Positions 41,395 through 51,858 are shown, counted from the first letter of the stretch. The stretch: 64,000 nucleotides of DNA from Spirochaetota bacterium (GCA_016932015.1 JAFGDQ010000063.1:2658-66657); one strand, 5' to 3'. Notes: generated by a model from the sequence alone, not told the origin. A program made the numbers and translations.

Positions 41395-42048
41395 TTATCC
41401 CTGAAACAATTTTTTATCCGGCCATCTGAGACATGTTAACAGGCCTCCATAACAGGCTCCTGTATCTATTCCGATTATATTTGCAGTCTCATCGATGTAT
41501 ATCTCTTTTAATTTTCCATGCAGAATAGAACAGGGAGTATGGCCGAAAATTACAGTTTTTTTCCATCTTACACCGGATCTGAAAAAATAATCTCTTATCC
41601 ATATAAGATCATGACCGGACTGGTCTTCTATACTATTTATTTTCGGATTTAAACCCGCATGTACTGCAACAAATTCTTCAGTTTCGTGATATAATTTCAG
41701 ATTTTCAAAAAAGTACTGATGCGAAAAAGGAATCGAGGATGTACTGCCTGTATTCTTTTTATAGCTTTTCAGGGTCTCTGACCCGCCGTTCATCAGAAAA
41801 TTTTCAGGATTATTCCCGCTTTGATATTTAAGAAACATATCCTCGTGATTTCCTTTTAGGAATATTGAAGAATGTTTTTCCGAAATATCTATTAAGAAGT
41901 CGATAACCTCATAGGAATATTTCCCTCTGTCAATATAATCGCCAAGGAAAACAAGCGTATCATCATTATTAATAAGAGGCTGTATTTCTGTGTAAATATT
42001 TCTTAATTTTACAAGATTGCCGTGTATGTCGCCGAATATATAGTACAT
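41395..42048 (-). CDS. Metallophosphoesterase, PPP/ApaH/PphA-like
   Basis: GDIHG, GDYIDRG, GNHE, HAG, GHTP, IDTG. Confidence 0.92.
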   Translation of the reverse strand: MYYIFGDIHGNLVKLRNIYTEIQPLINNDDTLVFLGDYIDRGKYSYEVIDFLIDISEKHSSIFLKGNHEDMFLKYQSGNNPENFLMNGGSETLKSYKKNTGSTSSIPFSHQYFFENLKLYHETEEFVAVHAGLNPKINSIEDQSGHDLIWIRDYFFRSGVRWKKTVIFGHTPCSILHGKLKEIYIDETANIIGIDTGACYGGLLTCLRWPDKKLFQG

Positions 42049-42155
42049 TGAATTCTATAGATTTTAATTGTATGCAGTACACATAATATACTGTTTTTAT
42101 GGTTAAAATTCATTACATTTAAATTCAGGGTCGTTTAGAGAATAATTATTGAAGA

Positions 42156-43067
42156 TCAGTAAGTTTCAAGCTCGTTGTGCATAAAATAGATGATTTCTTC
42201 CCCGGTTTTCAGACTTTCTGCATCTATTACTCCGAAAATCCATTCTTTGTACAGTGCAATAAAAGTGATTTTATTGTCATTAATCTTATGAAAAGCGATA
42301 CGAATCTTTTCAGCAGTGCTTAAGATAAACGGATAATCTTTATCTTTCAGGAGGTTAGAGTATTCTGAACTCGCTTCATAGCCGGACTTTCTTTTTGCGA
42401 AGAAAATTGTTTTTTCCGATCCTGAGAAACTGATGTCTTTTAAAAAAATATTTTTCAGGACAGGAATTCCCGGCTCGCCCTGTATGCTGTAGCTTAGAGT
42501 AAGAGCCGAGTTATTATTAAATAATGAAAACAGCGGTTTAAGAGAATCATCCGGTTTTCCAGTATTACAAATATTGCGGTATATTGTATTAAAAAACGGT
42601 TTAAGGTCTTTTTGCAGATTTTTATACGGAACCGGCAATTTTGCCCTGATATAATAATTGTCAATGAAAGCAAAGACGCCTGTATCAGTTGAATAGGACC
42701 AGTCGCAGACATCGGATCCGGATGGTTTATCCGGTCTTTCCATGCTGTAAATGCCGAAGGCATTCAACCGGGAATTCATACGGAATATTTCAATCAGTAT
42801 TTCTTTTTCCGTGTTTGAATAGTTCGCATATCTGCAGACCGACATTACTTCGAAGCCGTAAGTTTTGAATAATTCCAGTGATTCCTTGCTGGTTATGTAG
42901 CTGTCCAGATTGCTGCTGTCATAATTTACCGGCGCAGATTTTATTCTCCATGCCGGAACATCCGTTTCTCTTGGAAGTAAATCTTTTGTTTCTGTTTTTT
43001 CTGCCTGAAACAGAGCGCATGAGGTAAACAGCAATAGAACAGATAAATATTTGATAATATGCTTCAT
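42156..43067 (-). CDS. Lipoprotein (DUF6599-like)
   Basis: Lipobox LLFTS-C after ATG 43067; NLDSYI...YGF...IEIFRM...AFGIYS pattern. Confidence 0.6.
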   Translation of the reverse strand: MKHIIKYLSVLLLFTSCALFQAEKTETKDLLPRETDVPAWRIKSAPVNYDSSNLDSYITSKESLELFKTYGFEVMSVCRYANYSNTEKEILIEIFRMNSRLNAFGIYSMERPDKPSGSDVCDWSYSTDTGVFAFIDNYYIRAKLPVPYKNLQKDLKPFFNTIYRNICNTGKPDDSLKPLFSLFNNNSALTLSYSIQGEPGIPVLKNIFLKDISFSGSEKTIFFAKRKSGYEASSEYSNLLKDKDYPFILSTAEKIRIAFHKINDNKITFIALYKEWIFGVIDAESLKTGEEIIYFMHNELETY

Positions 43068-43177
43068 GATATTTCCTGTAGTTAGCAAAGCTGACTGATT
43101 TTTTATTTTAAAATAATATTAATTTTTGTTAAAATTCTATATGGATAATGATTCAATTGCAAAAAATCAAGCAAAAG

Positions 43178-44179
43178 TCAGTCAACAAAATATTGAAATT
43201 TACCTGCGAAATGGCAGGACACCTGATGCGTATTGTTATCTGCATCTGTGTATGAATTCAGTAAAGGTGTTTCATTTTTACAGATCTCCTCTGCATACGG
43301 ACACCTTGTATGAAAAGAACAGCCGGAAGGCGGATTGACAGGGGAGGGGACATCACCTGTCAAAACGATTCTATTCTTCTTCTGCAGCGGATCGGGCCTT
43401 GGAATTGCCGAGATCAGAGCCTGTGTGTACGGATGCATGGGATTCTGATAAATTGAGTCCGCGTTCGTAAACTCAACTATTTTACCGAGATACATAACGG
43501 CAATTCTGTCCGATATATGTTTCACTACTGTCAGGTCATGTGATATGAAGATATAAGTAAGATCCATTTCCTGCTGCAGCTCAATAAGCAGATTCAGAAC
43601 CTGCGACTGTATTGACACATCAAGAGCTGAAACAGGTTCGTCGCAGATTATCAGTTTGGGGTTTAAGGCTATTGCGCGTGCAATTCCGATTCTCTGCCTC
43701 TGCCCGCCTGAAAATTCATGAGGATACCTGTTAAGGGCGTTTTCCGTGAGCCCGACTCTGTCAAGCAGGCGGATGACTTCTTTTTTTCTCTCATCCGGAG
43801 TGCCTATTTTATGAATGATGAAAGGCTCTTCAATAATGGCGCCTACCGTGTGCCTGGAGTTCAGCGACTCAAACGGGTCCTGGAATATTATCTGCATATC
43901 GCGCCTTGTTCCTCTTAGTTCTGCTTTATGCATTTCGGATATATTTCTGTTGTTAAAGTAAACTTCACCGTGCGACGGCTTGTATAGCTGAAGTACGGCT
44001 CTGCCGACCGTGGTTTTGCCGCAGCCTGATTCGCCCACAAGGCCCAGTGTCTCCGCGCGGTTTACATCGAATGAAACTCCGTCCACAGCTTTTACGGTAT
44101 TGATCTGTTTATAAAAGACTCCGCCTTTTATCGGAAAATGCATTTTAAGATCTTTTACCTGAAGCAGTTTGCCGTCCAT
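43178..44179 (-). CDS. oppF: Oligopeptide ABC transporter ATP-binding subunit (OppF/DppF-type)
   Basis: [35 protein letters not shown]-terminal Cys motif. Confidence 0.92.
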   Translation of the reverse strand: MDGKLLQVKDLKMHFPIKGGVFYKQINTVKAVDGVSFDVNRAETLGLVGESGCGKTTVGRAVLQLYKPSHGEVYFNNRNISEMHKAELRGTRRDMQIIFQDPFESLNSRHTVGAIIEEPFIIHKIGTPDERKKEVIRLLDRVGLTENALNRYPHEFSGGQRQRIGIARAIALNPKLIICDEPVSALDVSIQSQVLNLLIELQQEMDLTYIFISHDLTVVKHISDRIAVMYLGKIVEFTNADSIYQNPMHPYTQALISAIPRPDPLQKKNRIVLTGDVPSPVNPPSGCSFHTRCPYAEEICKNETPLLNSYTDADNNTHQVSCHFAGKFQYFVD

Positions 44180-44214
44180 TATTTCTCCGTTAATCTGAAA
44201 CAGCTGGCGTAATG
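44158..44214 (+). repeat. 57-bp direct repeat, copy A (supplies oppF RBS and start)
   Basis: CCTGAAGCAGTTTGCCGTCCATTATTTCTCCGTTAATCTGAAACAGCTGGCGTAATG; 56/57 identical to 45026-45082. Confidence 0.95.
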
Positions 44215-44244
44215 ATAATGGTCATCTGAAATACGTATTGTTTA

Positions 44245-44568
44245 TTATGCTGCTTCAACCTGTATTCCTTCTCTGTGCGCAATTTCAATAATGATACTGC
44301 TGTCATTTGCCATCCATTCTTTTTCACCGCAGGCAATTGGTTCAATTCTGCTGTCTATTCTTGCAGCGACTTTCCAGAGCATTCCGATATCTTTAAGATT
44401 TTTATTACTATCGAAGATTGGAGATACTATAACCAGGTCAATGTCACTATCCGAATTATTAGTCCCTTTTATATATGATCCGAAGATAATCCCGAATATT
44501 ACCGGAATTCCCTTGTCCTGTAAAGAGTTAAGGTATTTGCGAACTGTTATAATTGTTGAATTATCCAT
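44245..44568 (-). CDS. Minimal nucleotidyltransferase (MNT) antitoxin
   Basis: IFGSYIKG...DSDIDLVIVS. Confidence 0.9.
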   Translation of the reverse strand: MDNSTIITVRKYLNSLQDKGIPVIFGIIFGSYIKGTNNSDSDIDLVIVSPIFDSNKNLKDIGMLWKVAARIDSRIEPIACGEKEWMANDSSIIIEIAHREGIQVEAA

Positions 44569-44924
44569 AAACGTACCTCGTTTGCCCTGTCTGAATATGA
44601 CTTAGCAGTTTTATTATCAGGAGATAATATTTGTGAACCGGGATATCTTCCTTCGATATTAAAGGTATTCATTTCTGCAAGAATATCAAGCTGGTAATCA
44701 TCCGGATTTAATTGAGCTATTTCGCAAAGTCTTACTAAATTATGTATCCTTGGGGGGATATCATTTATTATCCTGCAAATACGTGCTTTCAGTATTTTTT
44801 CAAGAGATAAATGAACAAAAAATAAACCATGACGATTTTTTTTATTTGCAATTAAGTAAGATGCCACGTTCCAGTCTTCTTCGGAACTTTGACTCCAGTA
44901 TTTTATTTGTTTTTCAATGTCCAT
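44547..44924 (-). CDS. HEPN domain protein
   Basis: EKILKA, PPRIHNL, RYP; overlaps the MNT start. Confidence 0.9.
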   Translation of the reverse strand: MDIEKQIKYWSQSSEEDWNVASYLIANKKNRHGLFFVHLSLEKILKARICRIINDIPPRIHNLVRLCEIAQLNPDDYQLDILAEMNTFNIEGRYPGSQILSPDNKTAKSYSDRANEVRLWIIQQL

Positions 44925-45025
44925 TTAATAGATAAATATACAGCTTTTGATTTATATATATTTAAGAGAAAAATAATTTCTCAAATATTAAAAAAAAATT
45001 CAATAAAAATTTATTGGTTCAGATG

Positions 45026-45082
45026 CCTGAAGCAGTCTGCCGTCCATTATTTCTCCGTTAATCTGAAACAGCTGGCGTAATG
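45026..45082 (+). repeat. 57-bp direct repeat, copy B (contains oppD 3' end and stop)
   Basis: CCTGAAGCAGTCTGCCGTCCATTATTTCTCCGTTAATCTGAAACAGCTGGCGTAATG. Confidence 0.95.
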
Positions 45083-46039
45083 GCCTGCTGAAATAAGTAT
45101 TTCATGCGGTTCTTCTCTGCATTTTTCAAATACTTCCGGACATCTGTTCTGGAACCGGCATCCATCAGGATAATCGGCTATTGCGGGAACAATGCCTTTA
45201 ATAGTATCCAGCTTTGATTTTCTGACATTGTCAAGTTTTGGTATTGAAGATAACAGGCCTTTTGTGTAAGGATGCGAAGGAGCCTGAAAGAGCCCGGCTG
45301 CAGGCGCCCTTTCAACTACCTTGCCCGCGTACATTACGAGTATTTCATCACAGATCTGTGCTATTACTCCAAGGTCATGGGTTATGAAAATGAGAGACAT
45401 GCCTGTCTCTTTCTGCAGGTCCTTTATTAGCTCAAGTATCTGTGCCTGTATTGTTACGTCAAGAGCTGTTGTGGGCTCATCAGCGATCAGTATGCCCGGT
45501 TTGCAGCTTAATGCCATTGCAATCATGACTCTCTGCCGCATGCCGCCAGAGAGCTGATGCGGGTATGCGCAGATTTTCCGGTCCGGATCGGATATTCCGA
45601 CTTTTGTTAATATGGCAACACTCTCCTTAAGAATATCATCTTTGCTCATTTCAGGAAAATGCAGCTCGAATGTTTCCGCAAGCTGCCTGCCTATTGTCTG
45701 CACAGGATTAAGCGCTGTCATGGGCTCCTGGAATATCATTGATATGCTGTTTCCGCGTATTTCATGAAGTTCGTCAGGAGAAAGTTTCAGAATGTCTCTG
45801 TCTTTGTAAATAATCTCTCCATTCAGGTACTGTCCTGTAGGTTTGGGCAGCAGTCTCATAAGTGACAGCGCTGTAACAGTCTTGCCGCAGCCGGATTCCC
45901 CTACAATACCGAGAGTTGTGTTCTCTTTCAGATCAAAACTCACGCCGTCAACAGCACGCAGCAGGCCTGATTCAGTCTGAAATGCTGTGACCAGGTCTCT
46001 GACTTCAAGTATTGTTGAAGTGTCTGTTCCTGTGTTCAA
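45047..46039 (-). CDS. oppD: Oligopeptide ABC transporter ATP-binding subunit (OppD/DppD-type)
   Basis: [38 protein letters not shown]. Confidence 0.92.
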   Translation of the reverse strand: MNTGTDTSTILEVRDLVTAFQTESGLLRAVDGVSFDLKENTTLGIVGESGCGKTVTALSLMRLLPKPTGQYLNGEIIYKDRDILKLSPDELHEIRGNSISMIFQEPMTALNPVQTIGRQLAETFELHFPEMSKDDILKESVAILTKVGISDPDRKICAYPHQLSGGMRQRVMIAMALSCKPGILIADEPTTALDVTIQAQILELIKDLQKETGMSLIFITHDLGVIAQICDEILVMYAGKVVERAPAAGLFQAPSHPYTKGLLSSIPKLDNVRKSKLDTIKGIVPAIADYPDGCRFQNRCPEVFEKCREEPHEILISAGHYASCFRLTEK

Positions 46040-46084
46040 GAAATACTCCTGTTTGTTAATTTCTGATTAACTTTACCGGAATTA

Positions 46085-47947
46085 TTAATTTTTTGCTTTA
46101 TAAGTCTTATCAATAATTGTAACCGGCTCGAAAACTTTGCCTTCTTTCATTGCTTTCAGGGTTTCCTTCTTCTCATCCTCATCAATCCAGAATATGCTCA
46201 CTCCGCCCGGATCGCCAAACACTTCGGAGGAATTTTTTGTTCCTGGTATATTCGGAACTTTCATCCATTTCCAGTAAAAACTTCTCGTGTAAGGCATCTG
46301 GTATAACGGTACCCATGCGCAGATATCATGAATTCTTTGCTGGATTTTGTGACTTAATTTTATTCTCTCATTTGCGTTTACCGAATTATCATATGCTTCA
46401 ATAAGTTTGTCCATTTCCGCATCATCGGTATTTGTAGCGTTGTTTGTCTGCGGTTTATGAGCATTCGCAGAATGAAATGCCTGCCATGGAGAAGGTCTTA
46501 GTCCGCCTCCGCTCAATCCCATGAAGCTGATCATATGCTTGTTTTCAACAAGTTTTTTGTACCATGTGCTGGGATCCAGCAGATCGAGTTTATATTCAAT
46601 CCCTGCCTTTTTTGCTTCTTCTTTCAGAAACACCATTTTTGGATTATGGATGGGGCTTCCGTATGTGATTTCAACAGAATATCTCTGTCCGTTTTTCTCC
46701 CATATTCCATCTTTTCCGCGGTTCCATCCCGCTTTTTGCATGTATTTTTCGACTTTCTTAATGCTGTATTTACGCGCCTTTATTTTTCTATTAGTATATT
46801 TTCCGTATCCGGTGTCAAAAGTGTGCAACCTTTCATAATCATCCCGCAGTACATTTGAATTTAATTTTTCAAAATTAACCGCATGTGCAAACGCGTATCT
46901 GACATTTATGTCTTTAAATAATTCTCTGTCCATGTTAAGCCAGAAGCCGTAAGTAGGGCGTCTTGTATCATTATAAAACTGTATTTTACGAGCATATCCC
47001 TGATCAAATATTCCGCCGTTTCCTTTCTGATGCCATATTTCCGGTTGACTGGCAGGGAAACAATCGAGGTTTCCTTTTTTGAAATACTCAAATGCAACAT
47101 TGTCATCTCTAATGACAATAAGTTTGAATCTGTCCACATTGTAACGGTTTTCATAATATCTTAAATCTTTGGCCCACCAGTCCTTTTTTCTTTCAAAAAT
47201 AAGGTATTTGCCTTTGGAGTAATCTCTGAGAATATATGCTCCGGTATTCGGCTCAATTTTCCAGTTATATTTTTTTACGAAATCCTTATCGAGCCTGCCG
47301 TAAAAATGTTTAGGTATAGGTGATATCGGAAGCCTTAACCACAGATCAGGCACTTTTTTCGGTGCTGAAATTGAGATGGTGTAATCATCATATTTTATTA
47401 CTTTATCTATTTCCTTTGTGTAATAGTTATTATACCATGGAGCATTGATATGTTTTGAACGCATGAATTCCAGAGTGTAAATATAATCATCTGCAGTGAC
47501 CTGCTTCCCGTCTGACCATACGGCTTTTTTATTGAGTTTGAAATACATTGTTTTACCGTCTTTATCAAAAGCCCAGTGAGTCGCCAGTGCCGGAACAGGC
47601 TCTTCCGTGTTCGGATGTATATCTATCAGGCTCATATGGTTGTTAAGGAAATATGACCTTGTGGAAGTATTTGAATCAGGTCCTACTGTTCTGAAAGTTA
47701 GAGGAAAAGAGTTTATGTAATAATTAAACTGTCCGCCTTTTCTGGCTTCAGTAGATGCGAATGTTTTATAATTATTATTTGTAATCCAGTTAATGTCCTG
47801 GGGCAATTCATGAGTGCTGTAATCAAGAGCAAGCTCCTCTCCTGTATCTGTGTTTTCTTCGATTGCTTCGTTTTCTGATTTTGAGCAGAATAACAGAACA
47901 GATGAGAAAAATAATAGTATAAACAATAAATGGATTTTTACTTTCAT
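46085..47947 (-). CDS. Family 5 solute-binding lipoprotein (YejA-like)
   Basis: Lipobox-like LLF-C, ARKGG, WSDGKQVTADD, YNVDR, DINVRYA. Confidence 0.88.
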   Translation of the reverse strand: MKVKIHLLFILLFFSSVLLFCSKSENEAIEENTDTGEELALDYSTHELPQDINWITNNNYKTFASTEARKGGQFNYYINSFPLTFRTVGPDSNTSTRSYFLNNHMSLIDIHPNTEEPVPALATHWAFDKDGKTMYFKLNKKAVWSDGKQVTADDYIYTLEFMRSKHINAPWYNNYYTKEIDKVIKYDDYTISISAPKKVPDLWLRLPISPIPKHFYGRLDKDFVKKYNWKIEPNTGAYILRDYSKGKYLIFERKKDWWAKDLRYYENRYNVDRFKLIVIRDDNVAFEYFKKGNLDCFPASQPEIWHQKGNGGIFDQGYARKIQFYNDTRRPTYGFWLNMDRELFKDINVRYAFAHAVNFEKLNSNVLRDDYERLHTFDTGYGKYTNRKIKARKYSIKKVEKYMQKAGWNRGKDGIWEKNGQRYSVEITYGSPIHNPKMVFLKEEAKKAGIEYKLDLLDPSTWYKKLVENKHMISFMGLSGGGLRPSPWQAFHSANAHKPQTNNATNTDDAEMDKLIEAYDNSVNANERIKLSHKIQQRIHDICAWVPLYQMPYTRSFYWKWMKVPNIPGTKNSSEVFGDPGGVSIFWIDEDEKKETLKAMKEGKVFEPVTIIDKTYKAKN

Positions 47948-48048
47948 TGTATATTCCCTGCTTATTTGAAATTAGGTTTTGTCTTTAATGTTAACCGGAA
48001 AAGTTTTAATAAGGTTTTAAATAAAACCTGCCATACTTATATTCTTTA

Positions 48049-49098
48049 TTATTCATAAGTCGTGTGCATCTTCGGATCAAAAGCCTCTCTGATAGCTTCA
48101 CCGATAAACGTAACCATTGTCAGTACAATTACAAGTGCTGAAATGACTGATATGCCTATCCAGGAAGCGCTTGTTGTAAACTCCGAGGCTTCGCTTAAAA
48201 GCTGTCCCCAGCTCGGGGTAGGGGGCGGCATGCCGAAACCGAGATAGTCGAGAGCAGTAAGTGCTGTGATCCCGCTTGTAATTGAGAAAGGTATAAATGT
48301 TACGATTATTGAGATCGTATTCGGTATTATATGTTTGAAAATTATTCTGAAGTTCGAAGCGCCGAGTGCTTTTGCTGCAAGAACGTATTCTCTCTCTTTT
48401 TCTTTATAGGTTGCTGTACGCATGTACCATGTCATGCTTATCCATCCGAAAAATATCATGATCAGCAGCAGCGATGAAAAGCTTGGAATGATTATTGATG
48501 AAATGATTATTATTGCATACAGGTAGGGAACGTTGCTCCATATTTCGATTATGCGCTGGAAGAACAGATCGAATTTTCCGCCGATATAGCCCATGAGGCA
48601 TCCGATGGATATGCCTGTTATGTAGTTCGCAATCAGCAGTATAAGGGAAAAGAAAATTGCTATTCTGAATCCGTAAACAAGTCTTGCCGCAATGTCGCGC
48701 CCGGTTTTGTCTGTGCCGAAGTAGTGTTTTTCCTCAAAAGAAGGGGGAAAGGGCGGATAAGCATTATCTTTAAGGTCTGTTTCAAATGCGTTATACGGAA
48801 CCAGTGGAAGTATTACATAATTATCACTACCGGTGTTATGAAAAATTTTATCAAGCTCCCTGTAGTTTGTTTCATATTCATAGTCAAGGCCGAATACTTT
48901 GCCCGGAATTATATCGCCGTACGCGGGAAAATAAAATTCGCCGTTATATCTTACAAGCAGCGCGCGGTTGTTTACAAACAGTTCTGCGGACAATGAAAAT
49001 ATGATAAGAATAATGAATATTATCAGTGAGAAATACCCTCTCTTTATGGACCTGAATCTGTTAAACTGTTTAATTGTCAGCGGGTTGAAATTGAACAT
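48049..49098 (-). CDS. Peptide ABC permease (YejE/OppC-like)
   Basis: RFRSIKRGYFSL, FGTDKTGRD, EYVLAAKALG, LDYLGFG, GEAIREAFDP. Confidence 0.9.
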   Translation of the reverse strand: MFNFNPLTIKQFNRFRSIKRGYFSLIIFIILIIFSLSAELFVNNRALLVRYNGEFYFPAYGDIIPGKVFGLDYEYETNYRELDKIFHNTGSDNYVILPLVPYNAFETDLKDNAYPPFPPSFEEKHYFGTDKTGRDIAARLVYGFRIAIFFSLILLIANYITGISIGCLMGYIGGKFDLFFQRIIEIWSNVPYLYAIIIISSIIIPSFSSLLLIMIFFGWISMTWYMRTATYKEKEREYVLAAKALGASNFRIIFKHIIPNTISIIVTFIPFSITSGITALTALDYLGFGMPPPTPSWGQLLSEASEFTTSASWIGISVISALVIVLTMVTFIGEAIREAFDPKMHTTYE

Positions 49099-49107
49099 AT
49101 CGAAGTC

Positions 49108-50124
49108 CTAATCAAACTGAACTCTTGGGTCCACAAGGGCCACGCAAATATCCGAAAGAATGTTTCCTGTCATAAAAAGCAGTGAAGATATTACCAGAAT
49201 ACCCATGACCACAGGGTAGTCTCTTTCAATAACGGATTCCAGGCCGAGCAGGCCCATGCCGTCAATATTGAATATTTTTTCAACAAGATATGATCCCATC
49301 AGTATAAGGGATACGTTATTTCCGAAATGTGTTGCGAGCGGAATAAGGCTGTTCCTGAAAGCGTGCCTGAAAACCGCTTTTTTGAAAGGCAGTCCTTTTG
49401 CAATTGCGGTTCTTACGAAATCGGAAGCGAGATGATCCATGAGTGAATTTTTCATCATAAAAGTCATTACAGCAAAACTTCCCGCCATATAGGCGGTAAG
49501 AGGCAGAACTGCATGATAAAAAATATCCGCGATTTTTTCAAGGATTCCCATAGCATAAAAATTGTCGCTTGTAAATCCGCCCAGAGGAAAAATATCCAGC
49601 CATGATGAAAACACGATCAGCAGAATGATTGCTACCACGTAATTGGGTATAGCGTATCCCACGAAAACAAGTACAGAGGAAAAATTGTCGATCACGGTTC
49701 TGTGTTTGATTGCCTTGATGATTCCCAGAGGAATACATACTCCATAGCTTAAGATCATTGCCATAATACCGTAAAAAAGGGAGACAGGGAGTTTGCTTTT
49801 AATGATATCCCATACAGGTTCATAATATCTTGTAGAAGAACCGAGATCAAGCTTTACAACTTTTCCAAGCCAGTGGAAATAGCTTACCAGGACAGGCTTG
49901 TCAAAGCCGTAATATTTTTTCAGTTCGTTTATCTGGCCTTCCGAAAGGGGGCTCGTGCTTCCCCTGCCTGCTCCTGACATTGAAGAAGAAGCCTGCTGCG
50001 CCTGTGCAAGCATACGTTCAACCGGCCCGCCGGGGACAAAACGTGTTATCGCAAAAACCATTAATGTAATACCAATGAATGTAGGTATTATTAGTATAAG
50101 TCTTCGAATAAAATAGGCTTTCAT
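49108..50124 (-). CDS. Peptide ABC permease (YejB/OppB-like)
   Basis: YFIRRL, PGGPVE, YGFDKP, VRTAIAKG, RDYPV, DPRV. Confidence 0.9.
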   Translation of the reverse strand: MKAYFIRRLILIIPTFIGITLMVFAITRFVPGGPVERMLAQAQQASSSMSGAGRGSTSPLSEGQINELKKYYGFDKPVLVSYFHWLGKVVKLDLGSSTRYYEPVWDIIKSKLPVSLFYGIMAMILSYGVCIPLGIIKAIKHRTVIDNFSSVLVFVGYAIPNYVVAIILLIVFSSWLDIFPLGGFTSDNFYAMGILEKIADIFYHAVLPLTAYMAGSFAVMTFMMKNSLMDHLASDFVRTAIAKGLPFKKAVFRHAFRNSLIPLATHFGNNVSLILMGSYLVEKIFNIDGMGLLGLESVIERDYPVVMGILVISSLLFMTGNILSDICVALVDPRVQFD

Positions 50125-50219
50125 TTAGAGAATATTCCCCGGGAAAAATGGCATTTGCATAAAATTTTTAAGCATGCAGGGGGCATAGTGTCAAGAGATA
50201 TTTGCCGGTGAATTATTAT

Positions 50220-50269
50220 GTAACTATTCAGTTATTTCCGCGTATAAACTGATAATTGCTGAATAGTAC
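50220..50269. repeat. Short MITE-like inverted-repeat element
   Basis: GTAACTATTCAG ... CTGAATAGTAC with a different short core, in a divergent promoter region. Confidence 0.6.
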
Positions 50270-50422
50270 CGATATTTTTTATAGTATTATATATAAGGAA
50301 AAAAGAAAATATAATTGTCAAAAATAGCAGTTTATGCTATAATTAACGTGCATTAAGTTTTTGTAAAAGACGGATGTAATAAAAAATAAATTTTTAATAT
50401 GATAAAAAGTATAGAATAATAA

Positions 50423-51646
50423 ATGGCTACTGAAAGGCTTAAAATAGATTTAACATACCTGGGACCGGATAGTGTTTTAATCTATCCCATTTTTTCCAAT
50501 GCCGGAGAAAAAATTTTAGAGGCAAGAACGCCTCTTTCCAATGAAAAAATAACGAATATTATTGAAAAACACGGTAAAATTGTCTATTATTCTTTTTCAG
50601 AGGATATGGGCAATATTCCCAATCACCGTATTTACAGCGCCTTAAATAAATCCCGCGAAATAATGGATGAAATAGTTAAGACCGACCAGATCAGCAAAGC
50701 CAGGTATAAGGAATCTGAAGAACTGGTTGAGGTTATGCTGAATGACCTCGTCGCATCTGAAACAGATACAATTAAACTTTTAAAGGACCTGAATTCCTTT
50801 GATGATTATACATATAATCATTCAGTAAATGTTCTGCTTCTTGTTTCTGTTTTTTCACATAAATTAAAAAGATTCAGCCTTGATGAGCTTAAGTCCATGC
50901 TCTTGGGCGCATTCCTCCATGATATAGGGAAAATGAAACTTGATAAGCAGCTGTTAAATAAAAGAGGAAAGCTGGATGTAACTGAATATCAGAAAATGAA
51001 AAGGCATCCTCAACTGGGTTATGAAATAATCAAGAATATAGATGCAAGTAATAAAATAGTGCAGCAGTGCATACTTTTCCATCACGAAAAATTCAACAAT
51101 AAGGGATATTACGGGCTGCCGTATGAAAATTTACCATTATATCCCAAGATTATTTCAATCTGTGATGTATTTGACGCGCTGACATCAAAAAGGCCTTACA
51201 GAAGCGCTGCAAGCCCTGCGGATGCTTTAAAAATAATACTCAATTCAATAAATAATCATTTTGATTATGATTTGATAAGCAAATTCGTAAATATACTCGG
51301 GCCTTTTCTTAATAACACCAGGCATTTTTACGGCAAACACGAAATCTGCGAATTAAATACCAATGAACTGGCATTGATTATCAAACTTGGTGAAAAGGAT
51401 ATTCTGAAACCTGAGGTAATTGTATTCTGCAAATTTCAGAAAAGCAGAAGCAGGATCAATGTTAAATTTTATGATAAGCCTTTTAAGGTCAATCTTGAAG
51501 ATGACAAGCTTAGAATAATGATAAATGTACTTTCAAATGAGTATCAGGTTTATTCGCTCAAAAACAAGCTTCTGGAAAAAAGTCTCTTGAGAGTGGTAAA
51601 GATGGATACATTGTCTCTTATAGATGAAGAAGCTGAAGTACACTGA
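50423..51646 (+). CDS. HD-GYP family phosphohydrolase (GYY variant)
   Basis: YTYNHSVNV, LHDIGK, HPQLG, HHEKFNNKGYYG, DVFDALTSKRPY. Confidence 0.9.
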   Translation: MATERLKIDLTYLGPDSVLIYPIFSNAGEKILEARTPLSNEKITNIIEKHGKIVYYSFSEDMGNIPNHRIYSALNKSREIMDEIVKTDQISKARYKESEELVEVMLNDLVASETDTIKLLKDLNSFDDYTYNHSVNVLLLVSVFSHKLKRFSLDELKSMLLGAFLHDIGKMKLDKQLLNKRGKLDVTEYQKMKRHPQLGYEIIKNIDASNKIVQQCILFHHEKFNNKGYYGLPYENLPLYPKIISICDVFDALTSKRPYRSAASPADALKIILNSINNHFDYDLISKFVNILGPFLNNTRHFYGKHEICELNTNELALIIKLGEKDILKPEVIVFCKFQKSRSRINVKFYDKPFKVNLEDDKLRIMINVLSNEYQVYSLKNKLLEKSLLRVVKMDTLSLIDEEAEVH

Positions 51647-51858
51647 TAATTGTTTCAGCCCTCCAAAATATAATTTTTTGCAGTAAAATTAAGATCACTG
51701 AAAATTATTTAAAGGAATAGTAATCACTATTATGTTAAAGCGGTTTTCCATATCTCCGGATAAAACTTCATCCTTTAATGTCCGTCTCTGCAGTATTCCC
51801 TGAAAATATATTTGTTGACATGCCTGCTTAATTTCAAAGTATTTGTTTGCTGAAAAAA

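Larger units (their letters stand above)
44215..45025. mobile_element. Inserted HEPN-MNT toxin-antitoxin cassette
   Basis: Bounded by the 57-bp direct repeats; internal 8-bp inverted repeat CATCTGAA (44223-44230) / TTCAGATG (45018-45025); no recombinase encoded. Confidence 0.75.

Noticed and set aside
44158-45082. Classical IS or prophage remnant
   Set aside because: No transposase, integrase or phage gene lies between or near the repeats; kept only as a non-autonomous cassette.
51647-51858. Cobalamin riboswitch upstream of btuF (also sought at 56922-57535 and around the corrinoid operon)
   Set aside because: No recognisable B12-box or conserved GGGAA...ACTG core by eye. An Rfam scan would be needed to exclude a divergent one.
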